IMG/VR virus record: IMGVR_UViG_3300037222_000116
Span: 1 to 64,000 of that record
Length of the DNA: 64,000 nucleotides
Reading direction: 5' to 3' (one strand)
Source: a virus
In this document: positions 1-9,484 of the stretch, in pieces
How the letters are laid out: each line of letters starts with the position of its first letter
Position numbering within the stretch: the stretch's first letter is position 1
Notes under the pieces: generated by a model
Database searches by the model: none
Told to the model about the DNA's origin: nothing
Seen by the model: the letters and a program-made list of their open reading frames with translations, nothing else
Made by a program: the position numbers and the translations under genes

Positions 1-117
1 CGACGCGCTTCGCGGACGGATGCGAAGCCTCGCCCGAGGCACGCGCCACTGCATCGACGAAGCGGACCAGCGTGCGCAGGCTGTAGCGCGGGCGCTTGGC
101 GTCACCAAGGAGAACGC

Positions 118-252
118 ATGAGCGCCGGAATGAATGCTTGTACCTGCGGCCATGCTCCCGAAGATCACGGCGGTGACAAAGAGAATCCCGGCTCGACGGC
201 CTGTGTCGAGTGTGAATGCATCGCCTACGAAGAGATCGAAGATGAAGAATAG
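118..252 (+). CDS. small Cys/His zinc-finger-like protein (44 aa; not in ORF track)
   Basis: AAGGAG upstream; MSAGMNACTCGHAPEDH...ACVECEC; ATGA overlap with preceding ORF. Confidence 0.6.
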   Translation: MSAGMNACTCGHAPEDHGGDKENPGSTACVECECIAYEEIEDEE

Positions 253-595
253 CGAGCGGCTGTCCGCTGTGGCATGCGCCGACTGCGGTTGTCTCAAGAC
301 CAACCACAAGAACGGCCTTGGCACCTGCGTTCATTGCGGGATCGAATGCACGAGGTTCCGAAGCGTAGCCTCGACAGAGACACCGACGCACAAGTCGTGG
401 CTGCGAGGCTATGCTGCGGCCCTTGCTGCGATGCAGCGACTCTGTAATGAGTCGTCGACTGTATGCAGTCTCATGGTTGCTGACGGGCTCACCTTGCGAG
501 ACTTCCGACGGGCGGGCGTCGAGGATTTTGACATGACAGAGCTTCGTCACGCGGCTCGCGGTGACACGCCGATGGCTCGTGCAGCACGGCGTTGA
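242..595 (+). CDS. hypothetical protein with N-terminal Cys cluster
   Basis: CADCGC..H..CVHC...C; start overlaps previous ORF end. Confidence 0.6.
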   Translation: MKNSERLSAVACADCGCLKTNHKNGLGTCVHCGIECTRFRSVASTETPTHKSWLRGYAAALAAMQRLCNESSTVCSLMVADGLTLRDFRRAGVEDFDMTELRHAARGDTPMARAARR

Positions 596-614
596 ACACT
601 CTGGCCGAGGGTAC

Positions 615-833
615 ATGACCGTGCGGATACCGGGAACGGACATTTGCACTGAAGCTGCGATGGACAACGATCTCAAGCACCGTCTCGCAGCGATGCCTTA
701 CGCGAATCATCTCAAGCCGTGGCAGGCTGAAATGAAGCGGCTTGAAGAACAGGCAATCGAGGCTGCCCGTGCCGAAGCGAAACGCGTCGGGCTGCGCGCC
801 GACGACGTGAAGTCTCGACGGAAACCACGATAA
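615..833 (+). CDS. hypothetical protein
   Basis: ORF with charged helical C-terminus; start uncertain (615 or 660). Confidence 0.45.
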   Translation: MTVRIPGTDICTEAAMDNDLKHRLAAMPYANHLKPWQAEMKRLEEQAIEAARAEAKRVGLRADDVKSRRKPR

Positions 834-848
834 CCTCTCTTTACAGAG

Positions 849-1388
849 CTAGGCTGCTCGCGGCGTATGCCACAGCTCGAAGCGACCAACCGTTGCCAGC
901 GGCCTCTCGCCGCGAGCCTGCCACCGAGAACGAATCGTGTCAGCGTCGTCGTGGTAGGGCGCGAAACGCTTTAGCTCCGGGCGCGTCTTACGATTTGCTC
1001 TATAGATTGCTCCGAGCTTGGCAGCTTTGTCCTGCTGGTCAGGCTCGAAGTACGAAGTCGCCGCGCCTGTCGGATCGTCCTTCAGCGGCGATTGCAGAAT
1101 TCGTTTCGCAAGGTGGTAATCCCGAGCAACAGGCGTCTGAATCGACGCGAACGGCGGCGATCCGCCGTGCTGCTCTCGCCACGGGAACTCCATCGCGTAG
1201 ATCGTCGTGTGCGACTTGCGGGCTCTGTTCCTGACGACCCAGCCAACCGCCAATCGCTCAGCCTCGCTATAGTTCCCGGCTTCGCTTTGCAACACATGCG
1301 CGAGCGCTTCGATTTCAAGATCGAACGGGTTGGTGGCGACGGGTGCTGACAGTGCGTCACCCAATGCCCCGTACATGCAGATGGGCAT
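849..1388 (-). CDS. cell wall hydrolase, SleB/Hydrolase_2-like
   Basis: ALAHVLQSEAG...AVGWVVRNR and DPTGAATSYF motifs. Confidence 0.75.
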   Translation of the reverse strand: MPICMYGALGDALSAPVATNPFDLEIEALAHVLQSEAGNYSEAERLAVGWVVRNRARKSHTTIYAMEFPWREQHGGSPPFASIQTPVARDYHLAKRILQSPLKDDPTGAATSYFEPDQQDKAAKLGAIYRANRKTRPELKRFAPYHDDADTIRSRWQARGERPLATVGRFELWHTPRAA

Positions 1389-1588
1389 TACGCACCACCC
1401 TTGAAGACAGGCGGATCGACAGCAAGCAGCAAACCGTCAGCGCCATAGCGCATGACACACACCTGCTCGGCGTCCTCCATGACAATCAGACCGCCATCGC
1501 CAGCGCCATGCCGAACGATGACGTTCATCACGTCGCCGTAGTCGCGCTCGATCTGCGTAGCCGCCTCGTGAAAGCGACGAGCGCTCAT
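1388..1588 (-). CDS. hypothetical protein
   Basis: translationally coupled between neighbours; GGAGG upstream. Confidence 0.5.
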   Translation of the reverse strand: MSARRFHEAATQIERDYGDVMNVIVRHGAGDGGLIVMEDAEQVCVMRYGADGLLLAVDPPVFKGGA

Positions 1589-1944
1589 CGCCGTTTCCTC
1601 CCTCGTCGGCGTGCTGCGGCCAATGGCCCTTGCGGTCGTCCTGAGAAGCCCTCGATGTTGCAAGACACGTAGTAGTTGCCATCGGCGTGCTTGTACTCGG
1701 AGCATTGGTACAAAGGCATGCGCCCGTCATCGCAGACGACATCGACCATGGACAGTCCGACCTGAGCCATCGCCCTCGCGCGTTCACGAGCGTCGTGCCA
1801 TCCCTGCGGCGAGAACGGAAAGCTGTCCTCGCCGCGCGACACGCCACCAACGCGCAACGTACAGCCACAAGCTCCCGGCTTGAGCTTGACGTTCGACTCA
1901 TCGGCGGCGTCGTGTTCGAGAAGCCTGAAGCGATTGCGAGCCAT
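1585..1944 (-). CDS. hypothetical virion-module protein with Arg-rich tail
   Basis: N-terminal NRFRLLEHD, C-terminal RRRGRKRR. Confidence 0.6.
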   Translation of the reverse strand: MARNRFRLLEHDAADESNVKLKPGACGCTLRVGGVSRGEDSFPFSPQGWHDARERARAMAQVGLSMVDVVCDDGRMPLYQCSEYKHADGNYYVSCNIEGFSGRPQGPLAAARRRGRKRR

Positions 1945-1947
1945 TGC

Positions 1948-2697
1948 CTACACCGCCTTCCGGTAGAACTCGAACCGACCGACGTTGGCGACGCGGACTT
2001 CACCACCGCGAGTCCAATCAGCACGCACTTGCGCGAGCGACTTGTTGTAGTTCCAGAAGCGCCCGTAGTTGAGCAACTTGGTCGTTCCCTTCTGCGGACC
2101 CCACATCACAGGCGGCTGCACACCGGGATGCGCCTTGCGATATGCCTTCGTGTACTCGGGGTGCGCGGCGCGAAACAACCGTCCGTACTCCACGAAGTCG
2201 TCCTGCTCGCCGGGAGCGAAGAACGAGGTCGCGCCGCCCGTCGGATCGTTGCTGCTTTGCAGCACAGCCATCGCCAGCAAGCGATCGGCGACGCTTGGCG
2301 GCTTGCTCGATGCGAACGGGGGATTGCTACCACTCTGCTCACGCCACGGGAATTCCATCCGGTGCAAATCGCCACCAAAAGCAGCCGCGGCCCGGTTGAC
2401 AGCCGTGTGCGCGACCCAGAGCCTCTCCAGCTCAGACCCCTTCGCACCCGCCTCACTGGCGATTACGTGTGCGAGGGCCTCGGCGTTGGCTGCATTCGCT
2501 TCGACGGGACCATGCGTAGGTGCGATCGGCGGTTCCGTCTGCACAGGCGGCAGCGGTATCTCAGGACGTCGGCGTGGCGGCTGACGAACCGCACCGCGCG
2601 CGAGTCGCTCGATGCCAATGAACGCGAGCCCGGCCCCAAGAAGAAGGACCGGCCACGCGGGAACTTGTGAAGGGCGCATCGACACACCGAGAGCCAT
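1948..2697 (-). CDS. membrane-anchored SleB/Hydrolase_2-like cell wall hydrolase
   Basis: N-terminal TM, Pro linker, ALAHVIASEAG..VAHTAVNR, DPTGGATSFF; paralog of 849..1388. Confidence 0.75.
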   Translation of the reverse strand: MALGVSMRPSQVPAWPVLLLGAGLAFIGIERLARGAVRQPPRRRPEIPLPPVQTEPPIAPTHGPVEANAANAEALAHVIASEAGAKGSELERLWVAHTAVNRAAAAFGGDLHRMEFPWREQSGSNPPFASSKPPSVADRLLAMAVLQSSNDPTGGATSFFAPGEQDDFVEYGRLFRAAHPEYTKAYRKAHPGVQPPVMWGPQKGTTKLLNYGRFWNYNKSLAQVRADWTRGGEVRVANVGRFEFYRKAV

Positions 2698-2715
2698 CCT
2701 ACAGCAAGAGCACCA

Positions 2716-3114
2716 TCAGTGCGCGGTGTCGAGGAGCATCTGCGCGAGCTGGACGGCGGTGCCGTCGTCACCAATCAGCATGAGACGACCACGACTGCCG
2801 TTGGTCAGATGAACGGCGCAGGTGGGGTGCAGGACGTCGTCAGTCACGACGAGATCAAACGCCGCGCCGCCGCTCTTGGCGAGCACCTCGCGGATGCTGT
2901 CCTCGTCACAGACGAGCATGTACGACGTGAAGAGGTCGGCGTCGACGAGTCGCTTGACGACGCGACGCGCACGTTCCTTGTCGAGCATCGCCACGAGCAA
3001 ACGCTTCCCACTCGGTGACGCAACGGCTGCACGCAGCATCCGATGCGCCGCAGCATTTTCGAGCCTTGATCCGCGTACATCGACAGCAACATTGCCCGTG
3101 ATTGGACTGTCCAT
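2716..3114 (-). CDS. hypothetical protein
   Basis: AGGAG upstream of MDSP start; fits operon. Confidence 0.55.
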   Translation of the reverse strand: MDSPITGNVAVDVRGSRLENAAAHRMLRAAVASPSGKRLLVAMLDKERARRVVKRLVDADLFTSYMLVCDEDSIREVLAKSGGAAFDLVVTDDVLHPTCAVHLTNGSRGRLMLIGDDGTAVQLAQMLLDTAH

Positions 3115-3118
3115 GGGA

Positions 3119-3436
3119 CTACTCCTTCTCCTCCCTCGCCTTGAACACTGCAACGGGCCTGCCGTTGTCGAGGTGCTGCACGAGGGTCACGAGGCTGTTG
3201 GTGTTGTCGGCGAGCGCCGCCTGATATTCTTTGATCACCGCCTTGTAGTCCTCAATTCGCGCATCGGCTGCGGCCTTGGTCGCCGTGGCAGTCGCGTCGT
3301 TGAGCTGATTCTGCCGCTTGTAGAGCAGGTACACGGCGTAGCCCATGGCGAGCAGGATGACACCGACGATGCCTTGCTGAAGGACAATCGAGCCAGCGGA
3401 CTCCCAGATGGACGGCGGCACTGCGATCGGAGGCAT
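3119..3436 (-). CDS. holin-like membrane protein
   Basis: single TM (QQGIVGVILLAMGYAVYLLYK) followed by coiled coil; near hydrolases. Confidence 0.5.
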   Translation of the reverse strand: MPPIAVPPSIWESAGSIVLQQGIVGVILLAMGYAVYLLYKRQNQLNDATATATKAAADARIEDYKAVIKEYQAALADNTNSLVTLVQHLDNGRPVAVFKAREEKE

Positions 3437-3445
3437 GCGAAGCTC

Positions 3446-3973
3446 CTAGAGCCGCGTCGGCGACGAGGAGGACACAGACGCGCGGGTGAACGCATAGGCG
3501 AGCACACCGCCTCCCAGCGCGATGAAGAGCGCGGCTGCCACACCGAGGCGTGGTGGCGGGGGCGGCGGCGTGTAAGGCTCGGGAGGAGGCGGGGGTGGCG
3601 GCGTCGTCGAGACATTGTTGTCGCCATCGAAGACGAGGTTGGTCCTCGACGTCCAGAATTCAGTTCCGGGGGAAGGCCCTGCCGCTGGCACGAGCCGAAA
3701 GTTCGCAACCGTCGGCGGGGTACGCAGGATGCCGCTGCGCAGCCGTGTCGGCTGCTGTGCGACGTTGGGACGCAAGAACTTGAAGACGCGTGTTCCAGCC
3801 GGAATGAAGACACGCACCCACTCAATCGTGCGTCCAGTCTTGGGGTCGCGGGACGGACCTCCCGTCACGGTTTCGCCGAGGTCCAACGTTACGCCGCCAT
3901 CGACCACCAGCGCAGCAGCGTCGTAGGAAGGACGCGTGAGCAAAGACGTCCGAACGCGTGTTTGAGCAAGCAT
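3446..3973 (-). CDS. membrane-anchored protein with poly-Pro stalk
   Basis: beta-rich domain, PPPPPPPEPYTPPPPPP, C-terminal TM. Confidence 0.65.
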   Translation of the reverse strand: MLAQTRVRTSLLTRPSYDAAALVVDGGVTLDLGETVTGGPSRDPKTGRTIEWVRVFIPAGTRVFKFLRPNVAQQPTRLRSGILRTPPTVANFRLVPAAGPSPGTEFWTSRTNLVFDGDNNVSTTPPPPPPPEPYTPPPPPPRLGVAAALFIALGGGVLAYAFTRASVSSSSPTRL

Positions 3974-3988
3974 GATGCCTCTACCCTC

Positions 3989-4480
3989 TCACGCCGACGC
4001 GGCTCTTGTCGAACGCGCGCTGTTCCGGTAGTACTTCACGAAGTCGGCGTAGGTCGTGTTGGTCAGGGCGTGCGGGCGCACGAGCTGGATGTCTCGTACA
4101 GCATCCTCACCGGGCTTGCCGTTGAGGACCATTGCCAACCCAGCCACGAGGCCGCTCCGATTGCGGCCTTGAGCACACGTCACCAGAACTCGTTTCCCGC
4201 CGCGAACGCAGGCGGCGACGTGTGCAGCAGCTTGCAAGCCTCGATTGGCGATGTCGACGGTGATCTGACAATCGTCGAGTGGCACACGGACTACCTGCAC
4301 GCCGGGGAACATGCGGTGGTCGGGCTGGTATTCCATGGCGCAGAGAACAACTACGTGAAAGCCGTGCGCGCCGATGGTTGGGTTGTGGGGAGCACTCCCC
4401 ATGTAGAGCTTGCTGCCGACGCGGGTTGCGTCGATGCTCCCGAAGGCCGGAAGGGGAAACGTCACCGTCCGCAGCCACAC
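3989..4480 (-). CDS. dual-specificity protein phosphatase
   Basis: CX5R loop VLVTCAQGRNRSG, upstream PLDD acid loop, KLYMGS. Confidence 0.85.
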   Translation of the reverse strand: MWLRTVTFPLPAFGSIDATRVGSKLYMGSAPHNPTIGAHGFHVVVLCAMEYQPDHRMFPGVQVVRVPLDDCQITVDIANRGLQAAAHVAACVRGGKRVLVTCAQGRNRSGLVAGLAMVLNGKPGEDAVRDIQLVRPHALTNTTYADFVKYYRNSARSTRAASA

Positions 4481-4674
4481 CCGCCGAGCTTGCGCCCCGC
4501 GACGCGTGAGAAGTCGAGGCCGCGCATCTCGCGCGAGCCACGCAACGGTTGCTGTGGACCTCGCGATCCATTCGACTTGTCGCTGCTCACAGCAGCAGCA
4601 ATGCCCGCACCAGCAGCGATCAGCGCGCCGACGATGCCAAGACCGATTCCGACTTTCGCTCCTGTCGATGCCAT
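4462..4674 (-). CDS. small membrane protein
   Basis: N-terminal Gly/Ala TM; ends KLGGCGCGR. Confidence 0.6.
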   Translation of the reverse strand: MASTGAKVGIGLGIVGALIAAGAGIAAAVSSDKSNGSRGPQQPLRGSREMRGLDFSRVAGRKLGGCGCGR

Positions 4675-4721
4675 CTTCTCAATCCTCTCTGGCAAGCGGC
4701 ACGCGCCTGCTACGAACCGTC

Positions 4722-5774
4722 TCAGCTTCCTTCGTCAGCGTCTTCGAGTATATCGCCCTGCTGCTGGACAATCGAGGACTCGATCGGCGTCAGGCCCGTC
4801 TCGGCGTCGACGGGAGCCTTGATGACGCGCGCCTTGCGCTTCTTGCGGCGCTTCTTGGGAGGAGCCATGAGCATGCGCGGTTCGTCGTCGTAGCCGTCGT
4901 CGTCGCCGTAGCCTGCGTCGCGTTCGCGCGGATCGAACATCTCGCGGCGGGATGATTGCTCGCGCTGATCCTTGCGACCGAAGTACCACGTCGCCACACC
5001 CACGCCGACAGTCAATGCCGTCGTCACGCCGCCGCCGATCCAGAGCCACTTGGACTTTGAATCTTCGACGTCTCCGCTCGGTTCCCCGGCGTCGTTCAAG
5101 CCTCGTGACGAGAAAAAATCATCGAGGATCTCGTCGAGGGCATTGGCCTCGGCGAAGACGACCTTGGGGGCCTGCTGGTCGAGCGGCACGTCGAGCATAC
5201 GGAGCTTCTCGCCCTCGGAGATCGGCCATGCCGTGCCACCACAGTAGTAGATCAGCCTGAGCAGGCTCAGGTTGTGCGGCGAGGGGCTCGTCTCCCGCGT
5301 CCCGGCGCGCGCGAACGGAGCGAGCTGGTCGAGCAAGAACTTGAACTGGTCGCGGGCCTTGACGCCGAAGGGCTTGTTGTCGCTCGTGACGCCGAGCGGC
5401 ACAAACGCGTTCTCACGCCACAGCTCTCTGAGCACGTTGTCGGTGACGTGGGCTCGCTTGTCGACGCCCGCGATGTACGCGCGCCCGTGCATGATGGCTT
5501 CGGGCGTGAAGTTGACCTCGTCGTCCCCCGGCGAGCAGCCACCGAACATCCCGAGCGACCTCGGGGCGTCCTCGGGGACCATGATGCCTGCCGCCTTCGC
5601 GGCGTCTCGAATGATCGCCTCCAGCTCACTCTGCTTCATGCGCAGGAGGCGATAGCTATCGAGCACGACGCAAGGCACACCACCGTTGGCCGCGAGGTTG
5701 ACGATGCGTCGGTACGCGTGGTTCACCAACTCACGACCGCGAGCGATGAACGGGAGGACGTATCCAGCTTGCAT
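4722..5774 (-). CDS. membrane protein, putative virion component
   Basis: 350 aa; TM WLWIGGGVTTALTVGVGVATWYFG; basic KKRRKKRK patch. Confidence 0.7.
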   Translation of the reverse strand: MQAGYVLPFIARGRELVNHAYRRIVNLAANGGVPCVVLDSYRLLRMKQSELEAIIRDAAKAAGIMVPEDAPRSLGMFGGCSPGDDEVNFTPEAIMHGRAYIAGVDKRAHVTDNVLRELWRENAFVPLGVTSDNKPFGVKARDQFKFLLDQLAPFARAGTRETSPSPHNLSLLRLIYYCGGTAWPISEGEKLRMLDVPLDQQAPKVVFAEANALDEILDDFFSSRGLNDAGEPSGDVEDSKSKWLWIGGGVTTALTVGVGVATWYFGRKDQREQSSRREMFDPRERDAGYGDDDGYDDEPRMLMAPPKKRRKKRKARVIKAPVDAETGLTPIESSIVQQQGDILEDADEGS

Positions 5775-5900
5775 TGTGTAGCGAGCCTACCACAAGAAGG
5801 GCAGCCGCCCGAGGGTTCAGACCGGGGGGAGTAGCCTTTACCCCTCGGGCAGCCGCGAAGACAAGACCGTGACAGACCGCACGGGAGATTGCAAGCTCTT

Positions 5901-5918
5901 TGTGGTAGAACTGCAACA
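5901..5918. promoter_or_regulatory. degenerate copy of 18-bp palindromic operator
   Basis: TGTGGTA-GAAC-TGCAACA upstream of 5933 gene. Confidence 0.45.
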
Positions 5919-5932
5919 GGAGGAAACACGTC

Positions 5933-6481
5933 ATGCGCCTTTACATCTTGCTCTTCGCTTCACTCATCGGCTGCACCGGAGACATCACGAGCACCGGCAC
6001 GCCGACGTGCGTCTGCGAGCCAACGGCATGCCCGACCGTCGATGGCGGCGTGGTAACAGCGCCGGATCTCGTTTCTGGAGCGGACGCGCTACCCGTTACT
6101 TCGATCGACATGACGCCGGATGGCTCAAGCAATCCAACTCCTCCTGACATGACACCACCGAACCTGCTAACGCTGCGCGCTGCCTGCGCGACAACCGGAG
6201 GGCAATACAACTTCGGTGTTTGCTGGCGCGAAGGGAACGTCGGCGAAGCGTGTGACGATGTGTGTTCTTCCTACGGAGGGCTCGATGCGCTGCACAGTGC
6301 CCACGATGGTTGTGGCATTGCTACGATGGCGTTCGCGGCGACAGCAACAACATCAAGCAACGGCACGCCATTCGAGGTCATCACCAACGGCAAATGCACA
6401 ACGGCAGACGGCAACCAGTTGCCGCATGGTACTTTGCTTCCACCAACGAACGGACGCTTTGTGTGTGGCTGCCGCGAGTAG
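5933..6481 (+). CDS. Cys-rich lipoprotein
   Basis: signal peptide with lipobox LIGC; AGGAGG RBS; many Cys; DMTP repeats. Confidence 0.75.
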   Translation: MRLYILLFASLIGCTGDITSTGTPTCVCEPTACPTVDGGVVTAPDLVSGADALPVTSIDMTPDGSSNPTPPDMTPPNLLTLRAACATTGGQYNFGVCWREGNVGEACDDVCSSYGGLDALHSAHDGCGIATMAFAATATTSSNGTPFEVITNGKCTTADGNQLPHGTLLPPTNGRFVCGCRE

Positions 6482-6485
6482 GAAA

Positions 6486-7232
6486 TCAGACGATGACGCG
6501 ATCGAGCGGATCGGCGGCATTCACACCCCAGATCACGGTGTAGCGTGTACGCCCGGCGACAGCGTGTGCGAGGATTTTGATGATGTAGAAGTTCGTGCCG
6601 CCGATCGCTTGTGTGAGACGCCCGAGCTTGATGTTGATGGCGGCAACGTCTTCGACGCCGTAGGCGAGCACTTCCGCAGGGCGATTGACGGAAGTTTGCA
6701 AAGACGCCTGATTCAAGAACTGGTTGATCTCCGTCCGCTGGTCGATCGGAAGGTTCTGCTCTTCGACAGACAGGTAAGGCAAGAAGAGCCCCGAGGTTGT
6801 GTCGAAGAACCACAGCTCGTCGAACTGAAGAACGCGAATGTTCTTCAGCGCCGTGCCTGACGCGCTTCCAGTCGGAAGGTGGGCAATCAGCACCGACAGA
6901 CGCGAGCGGCCATTGCTGTCGTAGGCGGCAGCGTCGACAATCTTGTAGTCACGAAACATCGTGACGCCGTCGCCGCCGAACGGCAATGCCGTGTCGTTGG
7001 CGAAGCGGTCGTTCAGCTCATTGCCGTCCGAGCGCCCGCCGTCGAGATTGCTCACGAGCCCACCGGCTGTGTTGATCTGTCCGATCTGGAAGTAGCGCCG
7101 AGCTGCCCCCGGAGGCAACGGAGCCCCATTCAACTCGTCAACGTACTCGGCGGCGGGCGTCGTGAACCCGCTGACGAGATCGGCTGTGTTGGCTTGCTCT
7201 TCGTAGGTGAGCTGGATGAGTGCCTGTGCCAT
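6486..7232 (-). CDS. putative virion structural protein
   Basis: 248 aa beta-rich ORF downstream of capsid candidates. Confidence 0.6.
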   Translation of the reverse strand: MAQALIQLTYEEQANTADLVSGFTTPAAEYVDELNGAPLPPGAARRYFQIGQINTAGGLVSNLDGGRSDGNELNDRFANDTALPFGGDGVTMFRDYKIVDAAAYDSNGRSRLSVLIAHLPTGSASGTALKNIRVLQFDELWFFDTTSGLFLPYLSVEEQNLPIDQRTEINQFLNQASLQTSVNRPAEVLAYGVEDVAAINIKLGRLTQAIGGTNFYIIKILAHAVAGRTRYTVIWGVNAADPLDRVIV

Positions 7233-7245
7233 CGGGAATCCTCGC

Positions 7246-7785
7246 TTAGCTCTTCAGCGAGGCAAGCAGCCCCGCGAGCCTGTCAAATCCTGCATCGAGC
7301 GCATCAACAATCCTGCTCGTCGCAGGCTCACCATCTGCTGTCGCTTCCAGCAGCGCTGTCACCCACACAGACACCAAAATCTGATACCCGGAAGGAATGA
7401 CCGCCAACGTTGACGAATCACCACGGAAGTTGGCGTACATGCGTTTGCCCGGTGGGACCGGCAGCGTGACGACGACGTCGAGCGGCAGCATGGTTGCGTT
7501 GCCGGGCTGCGCCTGCGCCAGCTTGCCCTGATCGAAGCCGATGAACACCAGCGGGATCACCTGCCCACCCGCGACAGGCGGCAACCGCACGTTGAACTTG
7601 GTGCTGGTCTGGATGATCGTCGCGACGAACGACACGCTTCGCGCCTGCGTCTGCTCGGGCGTCAGGATCTCCTGCGGAGCAGGCGTGCCGTCGGCAAAGT
7701 ACTGGCCCGCCAACGGCAGATCAAAGAAGAACGATCGCGCCTGCGCGAGATAAGACCCTTGGGGTCGTCGAAGAGGGTTCGCCAT
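7246..7785 (-). CDS. putative virion structural protein (minor capsid/vertex candidate)
   Basis: 179 aa with alternating hydrophobic beta pattern; position in structural operon. Confidence 0.55.
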   Translation of the reverse strand: MANPLRRPQGSYLAQARSFFFDLPLAGQYFADGTPAPQEILTPEQTQARSVSFVATIIQTSTKFNVRLPPVAGGQVIPLVFIGFDQGKLAQAQPGNATMLPLDVVVTLPVPPGKRMYANFRGDSSTLAVIPSGYQILVSVWVTALLEATADGEPATSRIVDALDAGFDRLAGLLASLKS

Positions 7786-7819
7786 CAGCGTCTCCTGACT
7801 ACACTACTACGAAGGACGC

Positions 7820-8077
7820 TTATCGCCTACGACGGCGACGGCGCGCACCACTCATGCCGTGCGCTGCACGCCGCGCAGCGTCTTCGGCTGCCTTTGCATG
7901 AGCAGCATTGCAGTCACGCATGGCCTCTGCGTGACCTTCCAACCACGCTTTGTGCTCCACGTCCTCCATGTTGTCTTCGCAATAATGCTGCAAATCTTGC
8001 TCTTGTTCATCGAGCAAGACTTCACATTCGCGGCGTCCGAGTTGCCCGCGAATATCTCCTCGCGCGATCCGGCTCAT
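7820..8077 (-). CDS. small acidic protein with GMSGA-R7 tail
   Basis: GQLG site, acidic core, ends GMSGARRRRRRR. Confidence 0.6.
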   Translation of the reverse strand: MSRIARGDIRGQLGRRECEVLLDEQEQDLQHYCEDNMEDVEHKAWLEGHAEAMRDCNAAHAKAAEDAARRAAHGMSGARRRRRRR

Positions 8078-8082
8078 TGGGG

Positions 8083-8616
8083 CTACCGCTCCTCGGGGTA
8101 CATCGACTCGGGGGCCTCGGCCAGCTCTTCCGTGTAGCCGTGGACGGCGACCGTGATGTTGTAGGGAGCGCCGATCGCGCCCTCCTGCACCTGCACGCGG
8201 AACTGCACGCCGCCACCGAGAGCGCGAAGGATCAGCTCGCCGGGGTGGAAGATCCACTCGCGCCGTTCCTTGTCGAGAAGACCATCACACGCGATCGGGT
8301 CTTTGGTCAGGTCTTCGTTGCGAACCAGATCCGTGACGAGCAGCGAGACGTTGGCGTAGTCGGAATCGACTTCGTCACCGCCGCCGACGCGTGTGATCGA
8401 GACTTTGATGCGCTTGACGATGAAGGGGCGTGACAGGGCATTGAGGAACGGATCGAGCGGGAACGGAGCCGTGACGCCTGCACCAACGGCTCCCGAATTC
8501 TCCTGCGTCCCGTCGCCGCTCGTGAAGAGCTGCGAGCCGAATGCGAAGGGGTAGCGGAAGAGGCGCTTGCCAGTGGGGACGGCGGCGTCGGAGGGCTTGC
8601 GAACGGGCTTTGCCAT
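8083..8616 (-). CDS. candidate small single jelly-roll capsid protein (177 aa)
   Basis: GAGGAG RBS; beta-strand pattern (PFIVKRIKVSI, VQFRVQVQ, YNITVAVHGY); adjacent to 239-aa candidate; fold is inference. Confidence 0.5.
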   Translation of the reverse strand: MAKPVRKPSDAAVPTGKRLFRYPFAFGSQLFTSGDGTQENSGAVGAGVTAPFPLDPFLNALSRPFIVKRIKVSITRVGGGDEVDSDYANVSLLVTDLVRNEDLTKDPIACDGLLDKERREWIFHPGELILRALGGGVQFRVQVQEGAIGAPYNITVAVHGYTEELAEAPESMYPEER

Positions 8617-8684
8617 GGGCGTCTTGCTCCTCGCTCGACGACGGTCGGTTCCGCCCGAGCGGTGATGCACTACGAAGAACTACA

Positions 8685-8712
8685 GGGGAGCGCGGCACGC
8701 GCCGCGCTCCCC
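8685..8712 (-). terminator. hairpin/terminator after capsid candidate
   Basis: GGGGAGCGCGGC-4nt-GCCGCGCTCCCC perfect 12-bp stem. Confidence 0.6.
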
Positions 8713-8764
8713 GAACTTGCACCAGCACCAGCAACCACGCGCACTCGTAAGTACGCGGAATTGC

Positions 8765-9484
8765 TTAGGTGACCGGAACCTTGAGAAGCCCCTCGAACTG
8801 GACCTGCGGCTCGACGGTCGTGTTGTCGGCGTCGTTGACCTGCTGCGCCTGCGTGAGCTGGAGCGCCACGACGGGCTGGCAGCCGACCTTGAACGACACG
8901 TTCGGGCGCAGGTGGACGGGGATCACGTACTGGAAGCCGTCGCGCGGGCTCGGGATGCCGTTGTTGGCGAGCGTCTCGGCGACGTCGTTGGTGACGACGT
9001 TGATGCCGCCCGCCGACGGGTAGTCCTCGAAGCGGCCCTGCGAGCGGGTCTTGTTGTTGACCTTGAAGTCGAGCATGCACTTGCGGTCCAGCTCGAACCA
9101 CATGCGGCGGTTCGGCGTGTCGGCGTTGACCGAGTCCTCCCACGTCGAGTTGGAGGGCTGCGTCTCGGGGTCGTTGGAGCCCACGACGTCGAGGATCTTC
9201 GTCCGCATGCTGAACACGAAGATTTCCCAGTCGATCGGGAGGCCGTTGACGCCGTCGCGCGGCATGTTGGTGTCGACGTCGGTCAGCGTGCGGACGCCGC
9301 CGCTGATCTGCTGGCCGATCTGGCCGACGAAGAAGTCACGGCGCGACGTGTCGCCATCGGAGTAGCTGATGGTCGACCACACGCGATCCCACTTCCACTC
9401 GCCGAACTTCAGCTCGCCGGGGATGCCGTTGACGCGCACCGTGAGGGTGCCGATGTTCTGCGAATCCGCGAATCCGTTTCCCAT
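8765..9484 (-). CDS. candidate major capsid protein, single jelly-roll type (239 aa)
   Basis: strong GC3 codon bias, GGAG RBS, flanking hairpins, beta-rich with FF..IG..DTNM..LP..F pattern and terminal V-F-G strand; fold is inference. Confidence 0.55.
   Translation of the reverse strand: MGNGFADSQNIGTLTVRVNGIPGELKFGEWKWDRVWSTISYSDGDTSRRDFFVGQIGQQISGGVRTLTDVDTNMPRDGVNGLPIDWEIFVFSMRTKILDVVGSNDPETQPSNSTWEDSVNADTPNRRMWFELDRKCMLDFKVNNKTRSQGRFEDYPSAGGINVVTNDVAETLANNGIPSPRDGFQYVIPVHLRPNVSFKVGCQPVVALQLTQAQQVNDADNTTVEPQVQFEGLLKVPVT

Noticed and set aside
2822-4822. 666-aa plus-strand ORF and similar long ORFs (9566..11107, 17322..18368, 39554..40918, 41095..42351, 57635..59125, 62013..63203)
   Set aside because: Antisense shadows of well-supported genes in high-GC DNA; no motifs
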